DNA from: Candidatus Poribacteria bacterium
GTDB lineage: Bacteria > Poribacteria > WGA-4E > GCA-2687025
Assembly: GCA_018644665.1 (NCBI GenBank)
Contig: JABGQA010000059.1
Coordinates: 34,839-98,838 of the forward strand
Length of the DNA: 64,000 nt
Direction of reading: 5' to 3'
Shown: positions 1 through 9,944 of the stretch, in pieces
Numbering within the stretch: the stretch's first letter is position 1
How the letters are laid out: each line of letters opens with the position of its first letter
Made by a program: the position numbers and the translations under genes
Notes under the pieces: generated by a model
What the model was told of the DNA's origin: nothing
What the model saw: only the letters and a program-made list of their open reading frames with translations
Databases searched by the model: none

Positions 1-1
1 C

Positions 2-217
2 GTCCTACTGGACAACATGAGCCTCGACGAAATGCGCGAGGCGGTGCGGCGAACCGACGGCCGCGCGCTGCTGGAGGCGTCGGGCGGCGTTCAGCTCGAC
101 ATGCTTCGCGGCATCGCCGAGACCGGCGTGGATATCATCTCCACGCGGCAGATTACCGTCGCGGCCCCGCCCATCGACATTGGGTTCGATCTCGTCGTCG
201 AGAGCGGTGTTGCGTGA
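2..217 (+). CDS. nadC: nicotinate-nucleotide diphosphorylase (quinolinate phosphoribosyltransferase), C-terminal fragment; the 5' end lies outside the window
   Basis: The frame is open from the window edge (VLLDNMSLDEM...LEASGGV...GVDIISTRQIT) and resembles the conserved NadC C-terminus. The TGA stop at 215-217 overlaps the next start (GTGA). Confidence 0.75.
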   Translation, partial: VLLDNMSLDEMREAVRRTDGRALLEASGGVQLDMLRGIAETGVDIISTRQITVAAPPIDIGFDLVVESGVA

Positions 218-1011
218 CCGAGTTCGACGCCGAGGCGTTCGACAGCCAGCTCACCACCGCGATCCTCGGCCGACGCTTCACCGCCCTCGATAGAGTGCCG
301 TCAACGCAGGATCTGGCGCGGGAAGTCGCGGGCGAATCCCTGCGCAATCCCGACGGCGAGGTCGTCCTGGCGGAGTTTCAGACGCAGGGACGCGGCCGCC
401 TTCGCCGGGCGTGGTCGTCTCCGCCCAACGTTAATCTCCTGTTTTCGCTGATTCTGTGCCCTCGGGCGCGCATCGCGCGTCCCACGCTCATTACGCTGCT
501 CATGGGCGGCTCCGTCCGCGAGGCGCTTACGACGGGGAGCGGCGTAGCGGCGACGTTGAAGTGGCCGAACGACGTTCTCATCGACGGGCGGAAGGTGGCG
601 GGCATCCTCACGGAGGAGGGACGTCGGCCCGACGGGCGACCGTTCTGGGTGGTCGGCGTGGGGATCAACGTCAACGGCGCGCGCGAGGATCTGACGGGCA
701 AGCTAGCGCACACCGCGACGACCGTCCGCGCGGAGTCCGGCCATGAGACGTCACGCGAAGAGCTGCTCGCTCGCCTGTTCGCGATCTTCGAGGAGCGCTA
801 CGGCGCCATGCAGCGGGGCGAACTCGACGACCTACTCGCGTGGCTCCGTCGCCGGTTGGGGGGCATGGGAGCGGCCGTGCGCGTCCGCGTGGGCGACGGG
901 GAGGTAACGGGCGCGGCCGCCGGCCTGGACGACGATGGGGCGCTCGTCGTGAGGACCTCGCACGGGGCGCTGTCCCGCGTGGAAGCGGGCGATGATGTCG
1001 AGTGGCTGTAG
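214..1011 (+). CDS. birA: biotin--[acetyl-CoA-carboxylase] ligase, class I (no N-terminal HTH evident)
   Basis: Carries the GRGRLRRAWSSPP and KWPNDVLIDGRKVAGIL motifs typical of BirA. The GTG start overlaps the nadC stop. Confidence 0.85.
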   Translation: MTEFDAEAFDSQLTTAILGRRFTALDRVPSTQDLAREVAGESLRNPDGEVVLAEFQTQGRGRLRRAWSSPPNVNLLFSLILCPRARIARPTLITLLMGGSVREALTTGSGVAATLKWPNDVLIDGRKVAGILTEEGRRPDGRPFWVVGVGINVNGAREDLTGKLAHTATTVRAESGHETSREELLARLFAIFEERYGAMQRGELDDLLAWLRRRLGGMGAAVRVRVGDGEVTGAAAGLDDDGALVVRTSHGALSRVEAGDDVEWL

Positions 1012-1035
1012 CCGGCTTGCGCTAGTGGTTGACCA

Positions 1036-2478
1036 TCAGTCCTGGGCGAGCACGCATCGGAACCCACAGAACCCCGACGGTAGCGACGCTGTCTGAGACG
1101 CCCGCGCGGAGACGCGAACATCCGCCGACAGGCTCTGCCAGGAGCCGCCTCGGATGACCCGGCGAATCGACGGGTCCGCTTCCGACCAGTCGCCGTCACG
1201 GAAGTTCAACGGCGCGCCTCGGAAGGGGTTTGGCTCGGTTGCGGCGTCGGAGGCGTAGAACTCCGCGTCGTATTCGTCGGCGCACCACTCCCACGCGTTG
1301 CCCGCCATGTCGTACAGGCCGAACGGGTTCGCGGGATGTTTGCGGACATCGGTCACGGAGCCGGCCGTGCCGCCGTAGTTTGCGAGGCGCGAGTGCAACG
1401 TGCCGTTGCGCGTTCCGTAGCCATGTGCCGCGCCGCCCTGTGCGGCGTACTCCCATTGCGCTTCCGTCGGCAGGGCGCAGCCTGCCCACTCGCAGAAGGC
1501 CGCCGCCGCCAACCATCCGATATGCGTCACCGGCGCGGATTCACGTCCTCTCGGAGGCGTGTCGCCCTGGAACTCCCGGAGGTAGTCCGCATGGCGACCG
1601 GGGCTCACGGCGCGCTTGCTCCATCTCGGCTGGGCGCGCAGGAAGGCGGTGAACTGCTTGCCTGTGACCAGCGTCGCGCTCATGCGGAACGCGTCGACGT
1701 GGACCTCGTGCACCGGCCGCTCCGGCGCGTCGCCGTGATCGCTGCCCATGCGGAACGACCCGCCTGGGATGCTGACGAACGGCATCGTCAACTGGCCGCC
1801 GGGCAACTCGACGGCGCTCGACGCCCGCGACGCCGTGGAGGTGGCGCGCGCTTGCGGTCGGGTCGGGCGAGACGTGGGAGCCGCGGGCCGCTCGGGGCTG
1901 CGCGTCTCGGCCTGTGGCGGGTCGGCGCGGGCATCCTCGTCGAGTTTCCCACGCAGGATGTCTCGCTGCTTCTCCGACACGCCCAGGGCCTGTTCGATGC
2001 GTTGTCTCTGCGCGTCCGAGTCCGTTAGCCGCGCGCGCGTGGCGCCGAGTTCCTTTTCGCGCGAGGCGACCTGCGCGGCTAACTCCTCGCACTGCATGCG
2101 AAGCGTGTGGTTCTCCTGCTTCGCCCGGAACAGTTCTTCCTCCAGGCGGCGCAGGTTCGCCACAGATGCGGAATACTCGCCGGCCTCGCTAACGCGCGCG
2201 CCGGTCGCGGGCGGGCGGCCTCCCATCGGCCGTCGTGTCGCGGAGGGGCCCGTCTGCAACGCCTCCTCGCGTTCGCGGTCGAAGGCGAGGCGCTGCTGCA
2301 CATCGCCCAGGACCGAATACGCCTCGTTCAGCGCCTGCGAGCGCTGTTCGGCCCACTCGCGACGATCCTGGTTCTTGTCCGGGTGCGTCCGCCGTGAAAG
2401 CGACCGGTAGGCGGCCTGGATCGTCTGCTGATCCGCCTCGGGATGAACCTGCAGCACGCGGTAATAGTCGGTCTTCAC
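1036..2478 (-). CDS. J-domain / coiled-coil / FGE-sulfatase (SUMF1-EgtB-PvdO family) fusion protein
   Basis: The N-terminus DYYRVLQVHPEADQQTIQAAYRSLSRRTHPDKN is a DnaJ J-domain with HPD. A central heptad-rich segment (LRRLEEELFRAKQENHTLRMQCEELAAQVASREKEL) follows. The C-terminus carries GSFRMGS...HEVHVDAFRMS...GLYDMAGNAWEWCADEY...RVIRGGSW, typical of the FGE-sulfatase fold. GTG start. Confidence 0.8.
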   Translation of the reverse strand: MKTDYYRVLQVHPEADQQTIQAAYRSLSRRTHPDKNQDRREWAEQRSQALNEAYSVLGDVQQRLAFDREREEALQTGPSATRRPMGGRPPATGARVSEAGEYSASVANLRRLEEELFRAKQENHTLRMQCEELAAQVASREKELGATRARLTDSDAQRQRIEQALGVSEKQRDILRGKLDEDARADPPQAETRSPERPAAPTSRPTRPQARATSTASRASSAVELPGGQLTMPFVSIPGGSFRMGSDHGDAPERPVHEVHVDAFRMSATLVTGKQFTAFLRAQPRWSKRAVSPGRHADYLREFQGDTPPRGRESAPVTHIGWLAAAAFCEWAGCALPTEAQWEYAAQGGAAHGYGTRNGTLHSRLANYGGTAGSVTDVRKHPANPFGLYDMAGNAWEWCADEYDAEFYASDAATEPNPFRGAPLNFRDGDWSEADPSIRRVIRGGSWQSLSADVRVSARASQTASLPSGFCGFRCVLAQD

Positions 2479-2576
2479 GGGTAACGGCGCTCGGGATTCG
2501 ATTGACGACGGTCCGGCGATCTCGATAGGGTTACTACTGTGTGGCAGGCGTCCCGATTAGTCAATGACCCACCCGC

Positions 2577-4169
2577 GTGGTCCCACCCATGACCGACAGT
2601 TCCGACGATGCCGAGCTAGACCCTTCCCCGGCGCGCGTCCCTCTGCTCACGCGGATTCGCAGTTCGAAGATACTCGGCCCGATCGAAAGCGAGTTCGAAG
2701 TCGAGTCCGTGCTGTTCATCAGCGTGGTGAAGTGGTTCGTGCTCGCTTCCGCTGCTGGCGCGATGGTGGGCGTCGGCGCGACGCTCTTCATGAACGCGGT
2801 CGTATGGGCCGAGACGCTGCGCGGTTTCCACCGGCTCTCTTACCTCATGCTGCCGGTTGGGTTCGTCGTCAGCTCGGCGATCGTGAAGTACCTGGCTCCG
2901 GGCGCGGAAGGCCACGGCACCGAGAAGATCATCGAGGGGATTCATCGCCGCGGAGGGCAGTTCAGCCTGCGGGTGATGCCTGCGCGACTCGCTGCGACGT
3001 TCGTGACGCTCGCCGTTGGCGGATCGGTCGGTCGGCAGGGACCGGCGGCGCAATTCGGCACGGCGTCGTGCTCGGCTCTCGCGCGGCTTCTGCGCCTGGA
3101 AGGGCGGGATCGCCGCAAGCTGGTCGTCTGCGGCATCAGCGCGGGGTTTGCGGCCGTGTTCGGCACGCCGGTGGCCGGCGCGATCTTCGGGATCGAGGTG
3201 CTGTTCTGCGGCCGCGTTCTGTACGAGGTCCTGTTTCCGGCGTTCGTGGCGGGTATGACCGCCTATCACGTGTCCTCGGCGCTCGGTATCGCGTACTTCC
3301 ACCACCCGATCGAGTTCGTGCCCGACTTCAGCGAGCTGTTCTTCATCAAGGTCGCCGCGGCTGGCCTGTTCTTCGGGCTCTGCTCACTCGCCGCGATCGA
3401 GTGCCTCGCCATCGCGCGCAAGGCGTCGCGAACCCGCCGGGTCGGTTGGGCGGGCAAGGCGTTTATCGGCGGGTCGATCCTCGCTTTTCTGGCCGCGGTC
3501 ACGTCCACGCAGTACCTCGGGACTGGCTACGCGACGATCAACGCCGCGTTCGACGCGGGAGACATCCCGTGGTACGCGTTCCTGCTGAAGATCGCCTTCA
3601 CGAGCGTCACGCTGAACTTCGGAGGCAGTGGCGGCATTCTCACGCCGCTGTTCTTCGTCGGCGCGACGGCTGGGCGGTCGTTCGCGACGCTTGTGCACGC
3701 GCATCCCGCCACGTTCGCGGCGATCGGCATGGTTGCGCTACTCGCGGGGGCCACGAACACGCCCATCGCCTCGACCATCATGGCCGTCGAGCTGTTCGGG
3801 TCGGAGGTGGCGGCGTATGCCGCGGGAGCGTGCGCGATCAGTTTCCTCATCACGGGACATCGCAGTGTGTTTCCGGCGCAGGTTCTTTCGTTCCGCAAGT
3901 CCGCGTCGATATCGGCGGAGGTTGGCCGGGAGTTGGAGGACGTCCATACTCACGTGCACCCGAGGGACCACACGGTGCTCAGTGCGGCGTTGCGCGCGTC
4001 GGGGTCCGTGGGGCGCGCATACCATCGTCTCGACGACAGGATGCACGCTCGGACGCCGCAGCCCAGTGACACGGCGGCATCGGGCGCCGAGACGACATCG
4101 GCGACAGGGGAGGGCAACGACCCCGACAAGGCGCCGCGGAGCGACCCACCGGCAGGGAGCGAACAATGA
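2577..4169 (+). CDS. voltage-gated chloride channel (ClC) family protein without CBS domains
   Basis: Shows the ClC selectivity-filter-like motifs GSVGRQGPAAQFG, GTPVAGAIFGIEVL and GGILTPLFFVGATAG, plus multiple TM segments. The start is GTG at 2577 or ATG at 2589. The stop overlaps the next start (ATGA). Confidence 0.85.
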   Translation: MVPPMTDSSDDAELDPSPARVPLLTRIRSSKILGPIESEFEVESVLFISVVKWFVLASAAGAMVGVGATLFMNAVVWAETLRGFHRLSYLMLPVGFVVSSAIVKYLAPGAEGHGTEKIIEGIHRRGGQFSLRVMPARLAATFVTLAVGGSVGRQGPAAQFGTASCSALARLLRLEGRDRRKLVVCGISAGFAAVFGTPVAGAIFGIEVLFCGRVLYEVLFPAFVAGMTAYHVSSALGIAYFHHPIEFVPDFSELFFIKVAAAGLFFGLCSLAAIECLAIARKASRTRRVGWAGKAFIGGSILAFLAAVTSTQYLGTGYATINAAFDAGDIPWYAFLLKIAFTSVTLNFGGSGGILTPLFFVGATAGRSFATLVHAHPATFAAIGMVALLAGATNTPIASTIMAVELFGSEVAAYAAGACAISFLITGHRSVFPAQVLSFRKSASISAEVGRELEDVHTHVHPRDHTVLSAALRASGSVGRAYHRLDDRMHARTPQPSDTAASGAETTSATGEGNDPDKAPRSDPPAGSEQ

Positions 4170-5140
4170 CGGGAATGACACCGGGGCCGAGCATCTACGG
4201 AGTGTGCAAGACGCCCTCGCGCATCGCGCTTGGTATGTCCGGCTGTGGCTCCGACCGGCAGGACGAATGGCATCGCCTGCTCGATGTCTTCACCGAGGCG
4301 GGTGGCACGCTCATAGACACGGCGAGGGGCTATGGCACGAGCGAGGACACGCTCGGCTCATGGCTCGCGACCCGAGGCTGCCGCGACGACGTCATCATCC
4401 AGACCAAGTGCGGACTGTCCCCGGAGTGCATCCTGCCGGACGACAACTTCCCCGAGATGGTGCGCGAGGAGTTGGCGGCCAGCCTCCGCGTGCTCGGCAC
4501 GGACTACATCGACGTGTACATGCTGCACCGCGACAATCAGGAGAAGCCCGTCGGGGAGATTCTCGAGCCGCTGAACGAGGCGCTGGACACCGGAGCCATA
4601 CACGCCATCGCCGCGTCGAACTGGGAATACCGACGGCTCGACGAGGCGAACGAATACGCGGACACGCACGGACTGCGCAGCTTCAGCGTGGTCAGCAACA
4701 ACATCAGCCTGGCGCGGCCGGCCGCGGCGTTCTACCAGGGCCTGGTCTCGACGGATCGCAACGCGGGTGAAGAGTGGCATCGGTCGACCGGCGTGCCGCT
4801 CATCCCGTGGTCGTCGCAGGGGCGGGGGTTCTTCGTCGGGCGATACACCCGCGACATGTGGCACAGCCCGCCGCCCGATCTCGACGGATTCGGCCGCCAG
4901 ATGTTGCGCCTGTACGGGTCGGACGACAACTACTCGCGGCTCCAACGCGCAGAGACCCTCGGTCGAGAGAGGGGCGGATACACCGCGATGGAGGTCGGGC
5001 TTGCGTGGCTACTGCATCGCGATCTGCCGATCATCCCGATCGTCGGCCCGAAGGCGCCGGACGAGATGGCTTCGTGCATCAACGCCCTGTCGCTGGAACT
5101 CACCGACGAGGACGTGCTGAGCCTGGACCTACGGGACTGA
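4166..5140 (+). CDS. aldo/keto reductase family oxidoreductase
   Basis: Has AKR-like segments (DTARGYGTSEDTLGSWL, YIDVYMLHRDN, the IPWSSQGRGFF context). Its start is coupled to the ClC gene by a 4-bp ATGA overlap. Confidence 0.8.
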   Translation: MTGMTPGPSIYGVCKTPSRIALGMSGCGSDRQDEWHRLLDVFTEAGGTLIDTARGYGTSEDTLGSWLATRGCRDDVIIQTKCGLSPECILPDDNFPEMVREELAASLRVLGTDYIDVYMLHRDNQEKPVGEILEPLNEALDTGAIHAIAASNWEYRRLDEANEYADTHGLRSFSVVSNNISLARPAAAFYQGLVSTDRNAGEEWHRSTGVPLIPWSSQGRGFFVGRYTRDMWHSPPPDLDGFGRQMLRLYGSDDNYSRLQRAETLGRERGGYTAMEVGLAWLLHRDLPIIPIVGPKAPDEMASCINALSLELTDEDVLSLDLRD

Positions 5141-5407
5141 CACACCGTTTCGCACGCGCCGGGCGTCTACTCGCATGAGACCCGTGGACGTCTCCCCTGG
5201 CAGGGGAAGATTGAGATGGGGTCCACGGCTCCGCGGCCGATCTCCGCGTTCGCCACTACGGGCCGGACTAACGAAGCGCCACACTGGGGCTTCGGCGGCG
5301 GCCGCCGCTCCGATGCGCGGATGCTGCGCCATCGTAGAGCCGATCTATGCCCACAATTCAGTTCATGCCGTGGTGGATGCTCGACGCGACGCGCTCCGCC
5401 GGGGCCT

Positions 5408-5662
5408 CTATCGCTTTGGCGGCCGTCGCAACGACCCGAGGAACACGCCGACCATGGCGCCAGTCGGCGCGCCGAAGAACACCGCGGTCAGCACTCCTCC
5501 CAGAATCCCGCCCGGCAACGCGTGTAGCAAGGAACCGCCGTCCCGCAACACGGCCACGACGCCCGCTACGAGGACCGATGTAAAGACACCCCCACCCCCG
5601 ACCGCGGCGCCGATGAGCAGGAGCTTTGTCGAGACCGGTGTGGCCGCTGACCTCCGTAGCAT
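5408..5662 (-). CDS. hypothetical glycine-rich small membrane protein
   Basis: MLRRSAATPVSTKLLLIGAAVGGGGVFTSVLVAGVVAV...GGILGGVLTAVFFGAPTGAMVGVFLG reads as two glycine-zipper-like hydrophobic helices. The ORF is open to 5752. I recognise no family. Confidence 0.3.
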   Translation of the reverse strand: MLRRSAATPVSTKLLLIGAAVGGGGVFTSVLVAGVVAVLRDGGSLLHALPGGILGGVLTAVFFGAPTGAMVGVFLGSLRRPPKR

Positions 5663-6503
5663 CTGAGGCCGACCGGCGACGACGCTGTGGGGCGGACGCG
5701 TCACCGACACTCCGGTGGGATGATGGGCCGGATCTGGAAGGTCTGAGGTCATTTCGGTTCTCCCCGGCGTGCCACGCCACTCGGCAGGGCGTCCTCATGC
5801 GCTTGGCGACGGCTCGTGTGTGCGGTAGGTACATCGTAGCCGACGCGCGAGGCCACGATAAGCCGGGAGGCCCGGAGTCTGGGAGTCACTCATAGAGCGA
5901 TGTGGGGGAAGGCCAAGACCGTGGCGGGCCTGGCGCGTGACGCGATCGGCGCGCTAGCCGATGTGACTACGGATTCTTCTCGCCGCTACGTCGCCCTTAG
6001 GCGGGAGGAATGGGACCCGAGATGAGATCGACAGCCGGTTGCGCGCGAGCGAACGGGATCGTCCTCCTCGTTCTGGCCCTGCTGTGTACATGGTCTGTTG
6101 CGCGCGCCCAATGAGTGCGGGGGACTGACCTGCCGAGACCCGGCCCTCCCGCTAAGCACTCTGGATTGGGTTCTCCCTCACGTCTCGTGACTCCGCGCGA
6201 GCCAGGGGTCGCGGGCGCCGGACGAGGTAATCCATACCTCCCGGCAGGCCGCGAATCCGGCGCGGCGCCGCGTTGCGTCGTCAGCGGAACGTCTGGTCGC
6301 GCCCGCTGCAGCAGACCGAATCCCACCACTCGCTGGAACGCCCCGGGGTTGGCGGCTATCAATGCCATAATAGCAACGCGCAAATCGCGACAGGAGCGCC
6401 GTCTTCATCTAGTGGTGGAAGGGAACCACCACGCGGCCGACTCTCCGCATCCCGCGGGCCGCCGCGACTTGCACACGGAACGTGACTCCTCCGGGGAAGA
6501 GCC

Positions 6504-8609
6504 ATGCGCGGACGACGGACTTTCCTGCGACTCATTCTTGTCATGGTCGCCGTGGAGGTCGTGGTAGGTACCCTGGCGCTCACGCTCCTCTACCGCGCTT
6601 CCTTCGATCAACAGCGGGAACGGCTTACGGAAGTCGTGCGTAGCCGCGCGCGCCTGATGGAGGCCATAGCCCGGTTTGACATCGAGTACTCCGCCGATGT
6701 TCCCGGGGGGTCGTTCGACGCGACTCTCTACCAGATACGCCAGGCGCACATGCGCTTCGAAGGCTTCGGTCAGACGGGCGAATTCACGCTGGCGAAGCGG
6801 GAAGCAGACCAAATCGCCTTCCTTCTGGACCATCGTCACGGTGGCCTGGCAAGCCCTGCTCCGGTCGGCTTCTCGTCGTCCCTTGCGGAACCCATGCGAC
6901 GAGCTCTGCTGGGGCAGTCCGGGACGGTCGTAGGTCCTGACTACCGCGGTGAAACGGTGCTCGCCGCCTACGAGCCCGTGGGCGCGCTGGACCTGGGCGT
7001 CGTTGCGAAGATCGACCTCGCCGAGGTGCGGTCGCCATTCGTCCGCGCTGGCGTGTGGTCCGCCGCGGTAGGCCTTCTCCTGACCCTGTTCGGAGCCGCC
7101 GCGTTCCAGCGAATCGGGCAGCCGCTCATGCAAGCGATTGAGGAGAACGAGCGGCGATACCGCGGCCTCTTCGAATCCGCCCCAGACGCCTTGTTGTTGG
7201 TGGATCACGCCGGCACGATCCTCGACGCGAATCCTGCCGCCGGGTCCGTGTTCGGTCGACGTGTGGAGGACCTGTCGGGACAGGTCGCCTTCGGCTTTGT
7301 GCATCCCGATCACGCAGATGTGATCAAGAACGCTGCCCGAGGGCTAAACTCCGACGCCCCATTTCGGTCGGAGACGGTCTGCCTGGGGGCAGGCGACGTT
7401 GAGTTCCACGCGGACATAAGTCTGGCGCCAACGGCCCACGAGGATGGCGTTGCGACCCGCATGACGATTCGTGACATCACCGAGAGAAAGCGCGCGGAGG
7501 ACGCCCTGTCGGCGGCGCATGAACTGTTGAACACGGTCCTCAGCAGCACGCCCGACGCGATCTTCGCGAAGGACCAGCGAGGCGTCTATCTACTGGCTAA
7601 CGACGCGGTTGCCGAGGTCGTCGGCGCGCCGGCTGGCGAGATCATCGGCAAGGACGACCACGCCATCCGGCCGCGCGAAGAGGCCGACGAGATCAGGAAG
7701 ACCGATGAGACCGTGATGCTCAACGGGCAACTGGACACCGAGGAACACGTCGTCGGTCCCGACGGGGACACGCGCACATACCACGCAGTCAAGACCCCGA
7801 TCCACAACGCTCAGGGCGACGTCAACGGACTTGTCGGCGTTGCTCGGGACATCACGGATCGCAAGCGCGCGGAGGAGGAGATACGCCAGCTCAACGCTGA
7901 TCTGGAAGAGCGCGTGCGACAACGCACGTCCGAGCTGGAGGAATCGAACAGCGAACTGGAGGCGTTCGGGTATTACGTTTCGCACGACTTGCGGGCTCCC
8001 TTGCGTGGGATCAACGGATTCTCCGACATGCTTATGGAGAAGCCCGATATGCAGCTGGACGCCGAGGCGAATCACTATCTGTCCCTGGTAAAGGAACATG
8101 CGGAACAGATGGGTCGTCTGATCGACGATCTGTTGCAGTTCTCGCGCCTGAGCCGCCAGCCCGTCGACAGACAGAGCGTCGATCCGGCCGAACTGGCGCG
8201 CGAGGCGTGGCGTGGTCTGCATTGGCAGATAGACGGGCGGGACATCGACCTCACGATCAGCGACTTGCCCAGTTGCAGCGCGGACCAAGCCATGCTGCGC
8301 CAGGTGTTCCAAAACCTGCTCGAGAACGCCGTGAAGTTCACCCGAGAACGGGACGACGCGCGCATCGAAGTCGGCGCCTACGTGGAGGACGAGGAGACCG
8401 TCTACTTCGTAAAGGACAACGGCGTAGGATTCGACATCACGTATGCGGACATTGTGTTCGAGGTGTTCCAGCACCTCCAGCGCGCGGAGGACTACGAAGG
8501 GACGAGCGTAGGGTTGGCCCTCACGCAGCGCATCGTCCATCGGCACGGGGGACAGATCTGGGCAGTCTCCGAGGTAGACCACGGAGCGACGTTCTTCTTC
8601 ACCGTCTGA
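6504..8609 (+). CDS. sensor histidine kinase (TM, Cache-like periplasmic domain, 2-3 PAS, HisKA, HATPase_c)
   Basis: Carries the H-box SHDLRAPLRGINGFSDML. PAS linkers DITERKRAEDAL and DITDRKRAEEEI are present. The N/G boxes are LLENAVKF, DNGVGFD and GTSVGLAL. An N-terminal TM precedes an extracytoplasmic segment that ends in a second TM. Confidence 0.9.
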   Translation: MRGRRTFLRLILVMVAVEVVVGTLALTLLYRASFDQQRERLTEVVRSRARLMEAIARFDIEYSADVPGGSFDATLYQIRQAHMRFEGFGQTGEFTLAKREADQIAFLLDHRHGGLASPAPVGFSSSLAEPMRRALLGQSGTVVGPDYRGETVLAAYEPVGALDLGVVAKIDLAEVRSPFVRAGVWSAAVGLLLTLFGAAAFQRIGQPLMQAIEENERRYRGLFESAPDALLLVDHAGTILDANPAAGSVFGRRVEDLSGQVAFGFVHPDHADVIKNAARGLNSDAPFRSETVCLGAGDVEFHADISLAPTAHEDGVATRMTIRDITERKRAEDALSAAHELLNTVLSSTPDAIFAKDQRGVYLLANDAVAEVVGAPAGEIIGKDDHAIRPREEADEIRKTDETVMLNGQLDTEEHVVGPDGDTRTYHAVKTPIHNAQGDVNGLVGVARDITDRKRAEEEIRQLNADLEERVRQRTSELEESNSELEAFGYYVSHDLRAPLRGINGFSDMLMEKPDMQLDAEANHYLSLVKEHAEQMGRLIDDLLQFSRLSRQPVDRQSVDPAELAREAWRGLHWQIDGRDIDLTISDLPSCSADQAMLRQVFQNLLENAVKFTRERDDARIEVGAYVEDEETVYFVKDNGVGFDITYADIVFEVFQHLQRAEDYEGTSVGLALTQRIVHRHGGQIWAVSEVDHGATFFFTV

Positions 8610-9078
8610 CGGAGGTCAGCGACAGGCCGGGAAGGTGGACCCGCATCGAAGGGAGAGCCATGGACCCTCCTGCGGACCCATCGACCTTTGCCGGCCGTCG
8701 CCGTCGCGGACTCGGACGGGCCTCTCGCACAAGCCGCAAGAGCGCGTGACGCCCGCCACGGCCAACCCTCGCTGCACATCGCGCTAGGCCAACGCGCCGT
8801 CTGCCTCGTTGCCGATGTCGGTAGGATTGTCTGCCTCTGCGTAGTCGGCGATGTGAGCGCTATTCGCGGACGGCCCCGCGCTACGCAGTCGTGGCCGATA
8901 CTGTAAGCAAGAGGAGCGTGCGGGCCGGGCGTGCGCGCCCGAGAACGCGACGCTACGATAGGCTGGCGCCGCCGGTTGGCAAATGGCAGCCTGCTGTGTG
9001 CCGCGCGTCGTGAACGAACGCCAGGCCGATCGGAGGCAAGTTCCGCCATGTAGGCGGACGCGTTCAGGGGACCTGCAG

Positions 9079-9828
9079 ATGGCGCTTACAATCGGGGCCG
9101 CCCAATCCGAACCGAGCCGGGGGAACGTCGCCGAGAATCTCGTGAGACACCTTCGGTTGGTCCGGCTCGCCGCGAAACACGAGGCGCAGGCCCTGGTGTT
9201 TCCAGAGCTTTCGCTGACCGGCTACGAGCTGGACCTCGCCGCGCGCCTGGCGTTCTCAGAGGATGATGTCAGGTTGCAGCCGCTCGCGGAGGCCGCGGCC
9301 GACCACGATATGGTTCTCGTCGTCGGGGCGCCGGCGCGACTCGCGTCCGGGCTCCACATCGGGGCGTTCATCGTCTACCCGGACGGTGGCATCGAACTCT
9401 ACACAAAGCACCATGTGGGCGGCGACGAAGGCCGGGTGTTCCAGCCCGGCGACCGGAACCCATCGGTCAGACTGCGAAACGCGACGGGAGCGGTCGCGAT
9501 CTGCGCAGATACCAACCAGGCTTCGCATCCGGGCGCCGCGGCTGCGCGCGGCGCCACGGTGTACCTGGCGGGCGTCGTCTTCTCTCCGTCCGAATTCGGA
9601 CCCTCCACGGCCAAGCTGCAGGGCTACGCGGCGGAACACTCCATGGTCGTCGCGTTGGCCAACTCCGGCGGGCACGCCTCGACGCTTGAATCGGCGGGTG
9701 GTAGCTCCGTGTGGTCGGAAACTGGAGAACTGGTGGCGCGGTACGAGGGGCTAGGCGCCGGCGTAGTGATAGCGAGGAAGACTGGATCACGCTGGGTCGG
9801 CAGCGCCGTGGCGGATGACGACCGCTGA
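9079..9828 (+). CDS. carbon-nitrogen hydrolase (nitrilase superfamily) protein
   Basis: The candidate E-K-C triad contexts are LVFPELSLTGYE, YTKHHV and VAICADTN. The ATG at 9079 (MALTIGAAQ) is preferred over the ORF opening at 8983. Confidence 0.75.
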   Translation: MALTIGAAQSEPSRGNVAENLVRHLRLVRLAAKHEAQALVFPELSLTGYELDLAARLAFSEDDVRLQPLAEAAADHDMVLVVGAPARLASGLHIGAFIVYPDGGIELYTKHHVGGDEGRVFQPGDRNPSVRLRNATGAVAICADTNQASHPGAAAARGATVYLAGVVFSPSEFGPSTAKLQGYAAEHSMVVALANSGGHASTLESAGGSSVWSETGELVARYEGLGAGVVIARKTGSRWVGSAVADDDR

Positions 9829-9944
9829 GGTGGCTGCGACTCGCGTCTCCGCCGTCGCTGTTCCCTGCCGTTCGCGTCCATGGGACGATGGGTGTGAAGC
9901 ACGCCGGATGATCTCGCGTGTGTGGATAAGGGGTATTCGGAAAC

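Noticed and set aside
6251-6265. GCGAATCCGGCGCGG, reminiscent of the cobalamin-riboswitch core (GGTGCGAATCCGGCGCGG...)
   Set aside because: The flanking conserved elements (AGGGAA, GCCACTG B12 box) are absent or imperfect. The downstream gene is a histidine kinase, not a B12-related transporter or enzyme.
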